Positions 33,629 to 42,919 of a stretch of DNA of 46,850 bases are shown piece after piece. Every line of letters begins with the position of its first letter. Position 1 is the stretch's first letter. Position numbers and translations under genes: made by a program. The notes under the pieces are model-generated. The model had not been told where the DNA came from and did no database searches. It saw only the letters and a program-made list of their open reading frames with translations. Source of the stretch: Candidatus Micrarchaeota archaeon (GTDB lineage Archaea > Micrarchaeota > Micrarchaeia > Norongarragalinales > Norongarragalinaceae); the NCBI GenBank assembly GCA_037444485.1, contig JBBIMI010000004.1, forward strand, positions 1-46,850. The letters are read 5' to 3'.

Positions 33629-36616
33629 ATGATGAAGGTAGAAAAAAACATTGCGTTTGCTTTTCTCTTCGCGGCTATAGTCTCCAGCATTTTCCTTGCA
33701 GGGTTAGTTAACGCCGCGGATACTTTAGCTATAGCAGCTTACCGTTCGAACACTGGTGCCTGCGCTGTAAACCTTTTAAACTGCCCCAAAATCAGGCTGT
33801 GGAATTCTTCAACTCAAGCTTGGGGTGCTGAACAAGAACTGGCAACTGCAGGCTCGCCGATTCGTGAAGCACTCATCAAAGCTTCTCCTGTTTCCAAGAA
33901 AATGATTCTAGTCACGCTTAGCGACGACGGTTATCTGGACGCTTATGCATGCAATTCATCTTGTTGGAATCCCGCATCCTGGACTGTTACAAACAACATT
34001 GGCAGAACTTGGACTACTGCTCCAGCAACCCACTTCAGAGGCTTCAACTTTGCGTTCGAAAGCGCGACCGGGGATGCGGTCTTGGTTTACGCTGACAAGA
34101 GTTCGAACGCGTCGCGCGACTTGGCTTACAAAATACTTCCAGCGAACGCGACGGACTTCTCCGGCATTCAAGAACAATACATTGACGACGCCGGCCATGC
34201 GACTAACGTCGACTACACTTGGATTTCGATGGCTGGCAATCCAAAGCCGACAAGCGAAGAGTTGATTCTCGCCGGTTTCGACGGCAACAACACCGACATT
34301 AACGCGTGGGTTTGGAATGGAACCGCGTGGACGAATCAAACCCAAGTTTCCGGAACCGCAACCGCCACCAACGGCTACGAAGCTCTGGGCGTAATTTACT
34401 CTTCAGACGGCAGCAATGGAACCGCGCTCGGCGGAGACGGAACTTCGGGTAATGTTAACACTAAGTTTTGGAATGGTTCCAGTTGGTCTACAACCATCAC
34501 TTTCGACATTGACCCAAGCAATAATGATGCTTACTGGTTGACCGTAAAAGCAGACCCGCTCTCTGACGACTTGCAAGTTGTTATTGTAGACAGCGGCTCA
34601 GACCTGCATACTGCTTATTGGAGTGGAACTACTTGGAGCGTTACTTCAGACCTCGACACTAGCGTAGACATTAAAACGGCGCGACCAGCCGACTTTGCCT
34701 GGAATCCAGTGCCTCCAAGCGGAGGTCAAATCGTTTGGGACACGGATGCTACTGGAACAACTTTGAGTAACCGGAGTTGCACACCGCAATGTACTTCCGC
34801 AACTACAACTGTTTCCGGGAGTTACGCTGGAAGGGGCAGGTGGATAACCAGTTACACTGTCCCCGGCGACTCGACGGACGTCCGCATACTGTCATTGCGC
34901 TTAAATAGCAACTTTGACATAGGTTCATTCAACTGGACCGGCTTAAATCACTATAACTACGGCGACTCGGCACTAACGGCGGACACCACTGTATCAACTT
35001 ACGAAAGCTATTCTCTAGCGTTCGAGACACCTACAAGGCCTTACGAAGTAACCATACTTACGCCAACTAACGACACTTGGACAACACAACGCTACTTGAA
35101 CATCACCGGAATCTGCAAGTCTTTGAGTACTCCATTAATTAATGCAACCCTCAACTACAACACATTCACAGTTGGTAACACAACCATAAGCAACGCAACG
35201 CCCTTCTACTTCAATGTTTCAACAGCAAGCGACGGTTATTACTACTACAACATCACGTGCTACTCGACGAACTCGCTGTCGAACACGAGCGAAACCAGGC
35301 TCTTGACTGTGGACGCGACGCAGCCGTCTTACGGACCAGATTACGACAGCGCAGGCGGCGTTACGTACGAGGGAACGATCGTCAACATTTACGTATACTG
35401 GACTGACGCGGGAAGCGGTTTGGACACCGCAGTATTCAGGAGCAATCAAACTGGCGTGTGGACGAATGTCAGCGCTTGCGTTTTCGCAGGCGCGGCAAGC
35501 GGTTGGTGTAACACTACTATCAACACTGTTGGAAGCGTTGGGCAAACCATTTGCTGGAACCAGTACGCGAACGATACTCTCGCTAGTTTGAACGCTTCGA
35601 TGCCTGAAAACACGCATTGTTTTTACGTGACTGCAAACAAACCACCGCAAATCGCGTTAAACCAGCCAGCGAATGACACGCAGTACAATGATACTGTAAA
35701 TGGAACTATAAATGGAGACTTTAACTTTACTGCAACAGACGACCAGAATACCACGTTCTCTTGCTCTATTTTCTTGAATTCAGTGTTAAACCAAACGAAC
35801 AGCTCTACGCTTAACAACACGCTAACCGATTTTTTGATAAACGGAATTATTGCCGGAAACCACACTTGGTTCATCAATTGTTCCGACGGGCAGTTGACTA
35901 ATGTTTCTGAAACCAGAAGCTTCAGCGTGGCTGGAGTAGCGCCCACGCCTTCACCAACCCCAAGCGGCGGGGGCGGCGGGCCTCAGTGCACCGACAACTC
36001 GCAGTGTCCCAGCGGGCAGTACTGCAATGGCGGCGTTTGCGTCGCTTGCTCTTGCAGTTTCGACGGCGTTTGCCACGTTTGTTGTACGATAATCGGGCAA
36101 AGCGATCCGGACTGCCAAGCGCCAACGCCCAATCCAACAATCTTTCCAACCCTAATGTCGACGCTTAGTCCAAGTTCAACTGCAAACACGAGTGTAACGC
36201 CTACAATCACGCTCTTCCCAACGCCTTTCGTCACGCCGTCAATAAAACAAACGCTCGCACCCACGCCTACGCCGAAAGTGAAGTTGAAGGACGTGGAGGA
36301 CTTGTTGGACAAGGTTTCAAGTCTATTTAGTGAAGCGCAAAGCCTTGGGTTGAATACCGATGCGGAGAGGAGTGCTTACGACAGGGCGAGGCAGCAGTTG
36401 GCTGCAGGCAATTTTGATTCAGCGTGGGATTACGGTGTTGCAGCTAGAGATTCGCTAGATCAACGCATAGCGCGGGCTAAGACAGTTACCCTCGTTCGCA
36501 ACACATCACTCGCAATCGTGATCATTCTTTTGCTTTTGTCCCTGTTTTTTGCGTGGAAACGGCGGCGGGAGTTTGCTTGGCACCACAAGCTCGAAAAAAA
36601 AATGTTAGGTCGCTGA
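33629..36616 (+). CDS. Large surface protein: beta-propeller-like N-terminus, Ig-like domains, 10-Cys module, Pro/Thr linker, helical domain, TM anchor
   Basis: Signal peptide from ATG 33629; Trp-rich WNGxxW repeats; many NxS/T sequons; C-terminal TM helix and KRRR. Confidence 0.85.
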   Translation: MMKVEKNIAFAFLFAAIVSSIFLAGLVNAADTLAIAAYRSNTGACAVNLLNCPKIRLWNSSTQAWGAEQELATAGSPIREALIKASPVSKKMILVTLSDDGYLDAYACNSSCWNPASWTVTNNIGRTWTTAPATHFRGFNFAFESATGDAVLVYADKSSNASRDLAYKILPANATDFSGIQEQYIDDAGHATNVDYTWISMAGNPKPTSEELILAGFDGNNTDINAWVWNGTAWTNQTQVSGTATATNGYEALGVIYSSDGSNGTALGGDGTSGNVNTKFWNGSSWSTTITFDIDPSNNDAYWLTVKADPLSDDLQVVIVDSGSDLHTAYWSGTTWSVTSDLDTSVDIKTARPADFAWNPVPPSGGQIVWDTDATGTTLSNRSCTPQCTSATTTVSGSYAGRGRWITSYTVPGDSTDVRILSLRLNSNFDIGSFNWTGLNHYNYGDSALTADTTVSTYESYSLAFETPTRPYEVTILTPTNDTWTTQRYLNITGICKSLSTPLINATLNYNTFTVGNTTISNATPFYFNVSTASDGYYYYNITCYSTNSLSNTSETRLLTVDATQPSYGPDYDSAGGVTYEGTIVNIYVYWTDAGSGLDTAVFRSNQTGVWTNVSACVFAGAASGWCNTTINTVGSVGQTICWNQYANDTLASLNASMPENTHCFYVTANKPPQIALNQPANDTQYNDTVNGTINGDFNFTATDDQNTTFSCSIFLNSVLNQTNSSTLNNTLTDFLINGIIAGNHTWFINCSDGQLTNVSETRSFSVAGVAPTPSPTPSGGGGGPQCTDNSQCPSGQYCNGGVCVACSCSFDGVCHVCCTIIGQSDPDCQAPTPNPTIFPTLMSTLSPSSTANTSVTPTITLFPTPFVTPSIKQTLAPTPTPKVKLKDVEDLLDKVSSLFSEAQSLGLNTDAERSAYDRARQQLAAGNFDSAWDYGVAARDSLDQRIARAKTVTLVRNTSLAIVIILLLLSLFFAWKRRREFAWHHKLEKKMLGR

Positions 36617-36761
36617 TTGACGAAAAAAGGCTTGAAAAAAAAGTTTTTAATAATCCTTTCATTTGAAAATAACTAGTTGTTTTCTTCCACCAGGAGTCGA
36701 ACGATTTTAACGAGAATATTAACGACAATATTCCACCATTCGACATGCGAGTTTGATTGAA

Positions 36762-37334
36762 ATGATTGAAATTCGTTTTCACGGACGCGCAGGACAAGGA
36801 ATCGTTACTGCAGCTGACTTAGTCGCTGTAGCAGCGGGATTCGAAAACAAGTACTCGCAAGCATTCCCGTTTTTCGGAAGCGAAAAACGCGGGCCGCCAG
36901 TCACGAGTTACTGCCGCGTTTCCGCAAAACCAATCACTATTCACGAGCAAGTGCGACAGCCGCACGTCGTCGTAGTCGCGGACGCGACTGTCATCGGCGC
37001 TGTCGACGTCGCCGCGGGACTGCGCGAAAACGGTTTGATTCTAGTCAACGCGCACGACGAGACGCGCTTGCCAGAATTGCGTGTGCCAGCTGGCGCGAAA
37101 ATCATGACTATCGACGGAAACGAAATCGCGTTGAAGCACTTTAAAAAACTCGTTACGAACACTGTAATGCTCGGCGCGCTCGCCAAGGCAACTGACGTTG
37201 TTGGACTGGAAGCAATAAAGAAAGCACTCGAAGAACGATTTCCGCAGAAGACTGCGGAAGAAAACATTTCAGTAGTGCAAGAATGCTTTGATTTGTTTGA
37301 AGGAGAAAAAATTTTTTTCGCGAAAGAATTGTGA
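36762..37334 (+). CDS. porG: Pyruvate/2-oxoacid:ferredoxin oxidoreductase gamma subunit
   Basis: IEIRFHGRAGQG, FFGSEKRGPPV, NTVMLGA. Confidence 0.93.
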   Translation: MIEIRFHGRAGQGIVTAADLVAVAAGFENKYSQAFPFFGSEKRGPPVTSYCRVSAKPITIHEQVRQPHVVVVADATVIGAVDVAAGLRENGLILVNAHDETRLPELRVPAGAKIMTIDGNEIALKHFKKLVTNTVMLGALAKATDVVGLEAIKKALEERFPQKTAEENISVVQECFDLFEGEKIFFAKEL

Positions 37335-37346
37335 GTTGAAAAAAAA

Positions 37347-37598
37347 GTGAAGGTTCCGTACAGCAAGCCGGGCACAACAACTAGCGTGAAGACAGGCGAG
37401 TGGAAGGCGTTCAAACCAGTCGTGGACGAAAAGAAATGCATCAAGTGCGGGATTTGCCAAAACTTTTGTCCGGAAGGAATAATGGGTGTTCCCGGCGAAA
37501 TTCCCGACATTGATTACGACTACTGTAAAGGCTGCTCGCTGTGCGCGAACGAGTGCCCAGTAAAATGCATTAAAATGATTCAAGAAGAAAAGATTTAA
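37347..37598 (+). CDS. porD: Pyruvate/2-oxoacid:ferredoxin oxidoreductase delta subunit, 2x[4Fe-4S]
   Basis: KTGEWK, CIKCGICQNFCP, YDYCKGCSLCANECP. Confidence 0.93.
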   Translation: MKVPYSKPGTTTSVKTGEWKAFKPVVDEKKCIKCGICQNFCPEGIMGVPGEIPDIDYDYCKGCSLCANECPVKCIKMIQEEKI

Positions 37599-37623
37599 GA
37601 AAAGATTTAAGGTTCTCCAAACA

Positions 37624-38766
37624 ATGGTTTTGAAAACAATGGAAGGCGCTTACGCGGTTGCCGACGTCGTCGCAGCGTGCGACATCGACGTCGCGGCGTG
37701 CTACCCAATAACTCCAAGCACGCACGTTGCAGAACGCCTCGCAAAGCATTACGCGGACGGAGCACTAAAAAACTATCTCGCAGTCGAGTCGGAACACTCA
37801 GCAATGTCCGCGCTCGTGGGTGCGAGCGCGGCAGGCGGACGCGCGTTCACCGCGACCAGCGCGCAGGGACTCTTCCTGATGCATGAAGCGTTGTTTGCAG
37901 CCAGCGGAATGCGTTTACCCATCGTAATGCTGGTAGCAAACCGCGCTGTGAGCGCGCCCCTCAACATTTGGAATGACGAGCAAGACTCTGTTTCAGAACG
38001 CGATTCAGGGTGGATTCAATTCTATTGCGAAAGCAATCAAGAAGCAGTAGACTCGATTCCAGTAGCATTCAAGATTGCTGAACAAACCTTGATTCCAGTA
38101 ATGGTTTGCGTTGACGGCCACTATCTCACGCACGCGGTCGAACAACTAGAGATTCCGGACGCAGCGCTAATCAAGAAATTTCTTCCAGCATTCAAGCCTA
38201 AAGTCAAGCTCGACCCCGAAAACCCTGTTTCGCTTGGAGTTTACGCTCCCCCGCAATACTATCAAGATTTCCGCGAAGACCTCGACGCTGACTTGCAGAA
38301 CGCAAAAAAAACCATTATCGAAACGCATGCAGAGTACGCGAAGCTCACCGGCAGGAATTACGGTAACGGCTTGATTGACGCGCTGCAAGTGGAAGACGCA
38401 GAACGCGTTGTAGTCGGGTTAGGTAGCGCAACGGGAAACGCGAAAGCCTCCGCGCTAGAACTCCGCGCAGCTGGCGAGAAGGTGGGCGTGCTGCGCTTGC
38501 GCGCACTGCGGCCTTTTCCCCGCGAGGAATTGTCGCGTTCGCTCGCTGGAAAAAAAATTGCTGTTGTCGAACGCGACTTTAGTCCCGGCGGCGTGCCACC
38601 GGTTTACGCGGAAGTTTGCGAAGCGCTTGCTGGCACGAACGCAGTTGTTTCAAGTTTTCACGGCGCGCTCGGCGGACGCGAAGTTAATAGAATGTTGTTT
38701 AAAGAAATTTTCGGAAAACTCGAGGACGGAAAGCCCGTCAACGAGTGGATTAAAGGCGTTTACTGA
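37624..38766 (+). CDS. porA: Pyruvate/2-oxoacid:ferredoxin oxidoreductase alpha subunit
   Basis: YPITPST, ESEHSA, TATSAQG, NRAVSAPLNIWND, LRPFP. Confidence 0.95.
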   Translation: MVLKTMEGAYAVADVVAACDIDVAACYPITPSTHVAERLAKHYADGALKNYLAVESEHSAMSALVGASAAGGRAFTATSAQGLFLMHEALFAASGMRLPIVMLVANRAVSAPLNIWNDEQDSVSERDSGWIQFYCESNQEAVDSIPVAFKIAEQTLIPVMVCVDGHYLTHAVEQLEIPDAALIKKFLPAFKPKVKLDPENPVSLGVYAPPQYYQDFREDLDADLQNAKKTIIETHAEYAKLTGRNYGNGLIDALQVEDAERVVVGLGSATGNAKASALELRAAGEKVGVLRLRALRPFPREELSRSLAGKKIAVVERDFSPGGVPPVYAEVCEALAGTNAVVSSFHGALGGREVNRMLFKEIFGKLEDGKPVNEWIKGVY

Positions 38767-38810
38767 AGTTAAAGCATTAAATTAAAAAACGAAGTTAAAA
38801 GTGGGTTACG

Positions 38811-39692
38811 ATGACTAAAACGACTGAAACGCACTTGTTCGCGCCAGGCCACTTTGGTTGCCCCGGTTGCGGGCCGAGCACTACCATGATTCAAGTGGCG
38901 GACGCGCTCGGCAAAGACGCGATAGTCGTCAACGCGACCGGATGCATGGAAATCACGAGCTCGCAGTACCCGACGAGTGCTTGGCGCTTGCCTTACATCC
39001 ACGTTCTCTTCGAAAACACTGCTGCAGTCGCGAGCGGAATCGCCGCCGCGCTGCGCGCGCGCGGCAACGAGCACACGCGCGTTGTAGTCATCGCTGGCGA
39101 CGGCGCGACTTACGACATTGGCTTCGGCGCGTTGAGCGGAATGCTTGAACGCGGAGACGACGTCCTATACGTTTGTTATAACAACGAGACTTACGCGAAC
39201 ACTGGAGTGCAAAAGAGTGGCGCGACTCCGTTCGGCGCTGCGACTACGACTACTCCGGCAGGCAGCAAACTGCACGGCAAGACTACTGACAGAAAGCCGT
39301 TGTTTGAAATAGTTGCTGCGCACGAGCCTGCTTACGCGGCGACTGCAAGCATCGCATTCATCGCCGACTTGAAGATGAAGCTCAAAAAAGCGATTCAGTT
39401 GCGCGGGCCGCGGTTTATTGACGTGAATGCGCCTTGCGCGTTGGGTGCGGGTTTTGACGGCGGGCTCACCGCTCAAGTCGCGCGGCTAGCAGTCCAAACG
39501 CGCATGTGGCCGCTTCTAGAGTACGAGAAAAACGTAATGAAACTCAACTTCAACCCGACCCCGCCCAAGCCAGTGGAAGAGTATTTAAAGCTGCAAAAGC
39601 GTTTCAAGCACTTGACTCCTGAAGACGTCAAAGAAGTGCAAAAGCGCGTGGACGCTTATTGGGAGCGATTAATAACTCGCGTACAAAAATAA
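38811..39692 (+). CDS. porB: Pyruvate/2-oxoacid:ferredoxin oxidoreductase beta subunit (ThDP-binding)
   Basis: GHFGCPGCG, NATGC, GDG...DIGFGALS...NNETYANTGVQ. Confidence 0.95.
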   Translation: MTKTTETHLFAPGHFGCPGCGPSTTMIQVADALGKDAIVVNATGCMEITSSQYPTSAWRLPYIHVLFENTAAVASGIAAALRARGNEHTRVVVIAGDGATYDIGFGALSGMLERGDDVLYVCYNNETYANTGVQKSGATPFGAATTTTPAGSKLHGKTTDRKPLFEIVAAHEPAYAATASIAFIADLKMKLKKAIQLRGPRFIDVNAPCALGAGFDGGLTAQVARLAVQTRMWPLLEYEKNVMKLNFNPTPPKPVEEYLKLQKRFKHLTPEDVKEVQKRVDAYWERLITRVQK

Positions 39693-39834
39693 AGAAGCGA
39701 CGAAAAGCATGAAATCATAAAACAAGAAAAAAACGAAAACAAAACAAAAAAAAACAAAACAAAAAAAACAAAATCATTAAAACGTGAAAATGCGGGTTTA
39801 ACGCTTGTTTTAAGTTTGAGAGGTGTTAAAAACA

Positions 39835-40086
39835 TTGGTGGTGAAAATACAGCACGACAGGCCGAACTGCATTGGATGCGCTGCTTGCACTGCAGTAGCG
39901 CCAGAGTTCTGGAGCATGAACGAAGACGGAAAAAGCGATTTGAAGGGCGCAAAGCCGAGCGCGAGCGCAAGTGGTTGGACTGAACTCGAAATCGAAGAAA
40001 AAGATTTCGAGTTGAACAAAAGCGCTGCTGAAGCATGCCCGGTAAACGTTATTCACATCCTCAAAAACGGCGACAAAATAATTTAG
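39835..40086 (+). CDS. Ferredoxin (single cluster)
   Basis: CIGCAAC...AAEACPVNVI; GAGGTG RBS 9 nt before TTG 39835. Confidence 0.9.
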   Translation: MVVKIQHDRPNCIGCAACTAVAPEFWSMNEDGKSDLKGAKPSASASGWTELEIEEKDFELNKSAAEACPVNVIHILKNGDKII

Positions 40087-40150
40087 TTTACTCAACGCCT
40101 TTTATTTTTTCTTCTTTTTTTCTTTGCCTTTTATTTTTCTTCTTTTTTTC

Positions 40151-40624
40151 TTAAAGTCCTAGCAGCGTCCAAGCCAGCGTAAGCACGCTGCCTGCGCCGA
40201 GCGCGACTCCAGACATTTTACCCATTGACGCGCTTAATGGAGTGCGCGCTTCAGAAATGCCGCGCGCGCGAAGCCAAGACGCGACTGCACCTTCCCACAA
40301 TCCGCCGAAGCCGTCAGACAAAGCGTTGCCGGCCGCGCTGCCGAAAACAGCGCCGACAACGCCGGCAAGTGAAGCGCCTGCGAAAGCGAAAACGCCGAGA
40401 ATCCCTCCGTCGACAATGCCGTAAATGACGTCGGCGCCGATTGACTTGAGCGAACGCCCCACGAGCTTTACCGGAATCAACGGCAGTAATCCGAAAAGCA
40501 AAACCGTTGGACCGACGAGCCGCTTGCTTGAAGCAACAAAGTTGAAGAGCAATACAACTAGAATGAAGAACGCGGCGAACGCTGCAAACGCGTTTCCCAA
40601 TCCTTCCTTGGACGCGGTAAGCAC
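40151..40624 (-). CDS. Gly-rich membrane protein, tentatively TMEM65-like
   Basis: YGIVD, GNALSD..G and GK..GV..G motifs in helical hairpins; recognised from memory only. Confidence 0.5.
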   Translation of the reverse strand: MLTASKEGLGNAFAAFAAFFILVVLLFNFVASSKRLVGPTVLLFGLLPLIPVKLVGRSLKSIGADVIYGIVDGGILGVFAFAGASLAGVVGAVFGSAAGNALSDGFGGLWEGAVASWLRARGISEARTPLSASMGKMSGVALGAGSVLTLAWTLLGL

Positions 40625-40682
40625 AAGACCACGAAAAATCGTTAATCCCCAAAAATATTAAAAAAAATATTTAAATGTAGCG

Positions 40683-40751
40683 CGCCGCAAAGCACGCCAA
40701 CGCCGCAAAGCACGCCAACGCCGCAAAGCACGCCAACGCCGCAAAGCACGC
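40683..40751. repeat. 18-bp perfect tandem repeat, 3.8 copies
   Basis: cgccgcaaagcacgccaa at 40683, 40701 and 40719, plus a partial copy at 40737. Confidence 0.95.
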
Positions 40752-40839
40752 TTCGCGTTCGCGGCGAAACGCAACGCTTTTTTAACTCGCTACAGTAACT
40801 AGATTAACTTAAGTAACGTAACTAAAGCAACTAAAACAC

Positions 40840-41110
40840 GATTACAACCAGATAATGACTAAAAAACAATAAAAAAATGACTAAAAAACAATAAAAAAAT
40901 AACAAAAAAACAAAAACAAAAAACAATAAAACAAAAAACAATAACTGCGATTGAAGGTTATTAAGGATAAAGCAGGAAAAAATAAAACAGAGTAAAAAAA
41001 TAAAACAGAGTAAAACAAGAAAGAAAGAATAAAACAAGAAAGAAAGAATAAAACAAATAAGAATAAAACAAGAAAGAAAGAATAAAACAAATAAGAATAA
41101 AACAAGAAAA
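40840..41110. repeat. A-rich low-complexity tract built from nested short duplications
   Basis: Repeated aataaaacaagaaagaaag, aataaaacagagtaaaa and atgactaaaaaacaataaaaaa units. Confidence 0.85.
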
Positions 41111-41127
41111 AAGGTTTTTTTAGGAAA

Positions 41128-41838
41128 ATGGCTGTTTTGAAGCGCGTGAAAAGCGGGGTTCCCGGGTTAGATGAGCTCATTGAAGGCGGTTTTCCGGAGT
41201 CCAGCAGCATAATGGTTAGTGGAACTGCTGGAACTGGAAAAAGCATCTTGTGCCTCGAGTACTTGTATGCCGGCGCGCGCGAGTTCCGCGAGCCCAGCGT
41301 TTACGTTACTCTCGAAGAGGGCCCACACAACTTGTGGTGGAACATGCAGCGCTTCAAGTGGGACTTCATGACTCTCGAAAAACAAGGATTACTGAAGATA
41401 TACAAGTTTGAACCCACTCCCGAAATGAAGGAAAACGTTGAAGAGCAAGTGACGCGCATCGTCGACAAAGCACGCGAAAACAATGCCAAGCGACTCGTCA
41501 TCGACTCCATAACAGCATTCTCGTTTTGGATTACTGACGTTGCGAAAATGCGTTACGCGGTCTACCGCTTAATCGATGAACTCCGCAAAATCAATTGCAC
41601 TACCTTGCTTACAGTTGAAACAGCCGGCGGCAAGAACGATGTTTCGCGTTTCGGAGTCGAGGAATTCCTTGTAGACGGCATCATCCAACTTTTCTTCTTT
41701 CCGCCTTACCGCAGTTTGTTCGTCCGCAAAATGCGTGGCACGAACCATGATAAACGCGTCCACCCGCTTGAAATAAGCGATGCTGGCTTGAGCGTGAATT
41801 CCCGCGAGGAAGTATTGTGGGAAGCACTAAAAATCTAG
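41128..41838 (+). CDS. KaiC/RAD55-family single-domain ATPase
   Basis: SGVPGLDELIEGG, Walker A GTAGTGKS, Walker B RLVIDSI, RKMRGT. Confidence 0.9.
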   Translation: MAVLKRVKSGVPGLDELIEGGFPESSSIMVSGTAGTGKSILCLEYLYAGAREFREPSVYVTLEEGPHNLWWNMQRFKWDFMTLEKQGLLKIYKFEPTPEMKENVEEQVTRIVDKARENNAKRLVIDSITAFSFWITDVAKMRYAVYRLIDELRKINCTTLLTVETAGGKNDVSRFGVEEFLVDGIIQLFFFPPYRSLFVRKMRGTNHDKRVHPLEISDAGLSVNSREEVLWEALKI

Positions 41839-41956
41839 GCTTCGCTTCCGCTTTTTCGAAACTATTTTAAACGCCGCCAGACTACTTTTAACTACTTTTA
41901 AATCGAAGTAACCACCTTCAAAAAAAATTAGAGAGCGTAACGAGCGTAATCGAGAC

Positions 41957-42787
41957 ATGTCCATCGTTGAAAACCAGAATGTAGGCTTCCAGTCACAAAC
42001 ACAGCCGCGAACACAACCACAAACACAACCACAAACTCAAGCAAACGAGAAAATAGATTTGCTTGAGATAGTCGTACAACCCACTTGGCGCGAGTTACTC
42101 ACGGAACTCGTTGCCAGCGAAAAAATGGATCCTTGGAGCATAGACTTATGCAAAGTCGCGGACGCTTACCTCGCGCGCGTGCGCGCGCTGCAAGCACTCG
42201 ACCTACGCATTCCCGCAAACGTGATTCTCGCAAGCGCGCTGCTGCTTCGCTTTAAAGCAGAAGCACTCAACTTCGAAGAAGAAGAAACACTCGTGGAAAG
42301 CGAGGAAGCGCCAACGCTGATTGAAGAAGAAATTCCGGACCTCGTTTTACGCGCGAACCGCCCGCGCGCGCGCCGCGTCACGCTGCAGGAACTAATGCGC
42401 GCTGTCGAAGAAGTGATGCGGCAAGGCAAACGCTTGCTGCCGGCAAGCGGCGTCGCGTTCGAACCAACTGTCCTCGAACTCGAGCTTCCAAAGCAAAGCA
42501 TGAACGAGCGAATGAAAAGCGTGTTCGAACGCGCGCTTGCACTCAAAGACGAGGAAAACTTGTTGTTGTTCTCGGCGCTCGTAGCTGCAGCGCGCAAAGA
42601 ACTCAACGGCCACGCTCCACCAGACAACATCATGGTAGCGCACGAACTGCTGCCAGTATTACACTTGATTCAAGAAAAAAAGCTGGCTGCTTGGCAGGAC
42701 GAGTTTTTCGGCGAAATCTTCCTTAAAATCCTGGACGAAAAAGAAGAGTGGAACGAGAAAAATAAAACTAGACTAAAAGAAAACTAG
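41957..42787 (+). CDS. scpA: Segregation and condensation protein A (kleisin)
   Basis: PTWRELL...MDPWSIDL, ANVILASALLLRFKAEAL, VTLQEL, LPVLHL...QDEFFGEI. Confidence 0.88.
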   Translation: MSIVENQNVGFQSQTQPRTQPQTQPQTQANEKIDLLEIVVQPTWRELLTELVASEKMDPWSIDLCKVADAYLARVRALQALDLRIPANVILASALLLRFKAEALNFEEEETLVESEEAPTLIEEEIPDLVLRANRPRARRVTLQELMRAVEEVMRQGKRLLPASGVAFEPTVLELELPKQSMNERMKSVFERALALKDEENLLLFSALVAAARKELNGHAPPDNIMVAHELLPVLHLIQEKKLAAWQDEFFGEIFLKILDEKEEWNEKNKTRLKEN

Positions 42788-42919
42788 ACTAAAAGAAAAA
42801 CTGATTGCTGTATTCTCTCCCCGCTTTTCTTTCCATCCCAACTTTTCTCCCTCTTTCCGCTAATACACCAATTTTCACTAATAACTAATACATTTTATTT
42901 AATTTTAATAAATTTAATT

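Noticed and set aside
40683-40751. CRISPR array
   Set aside because: The repeats are contiguous with no spacers, only 18 bp long, and no cas genes are present.
41957-42787. scpA without adjacent smc or scpB as a novel arrangement
   Set aside because: Partners may lie elsewhere, and separated or missing scpB is common in archaea; it cannot be judged from one window.
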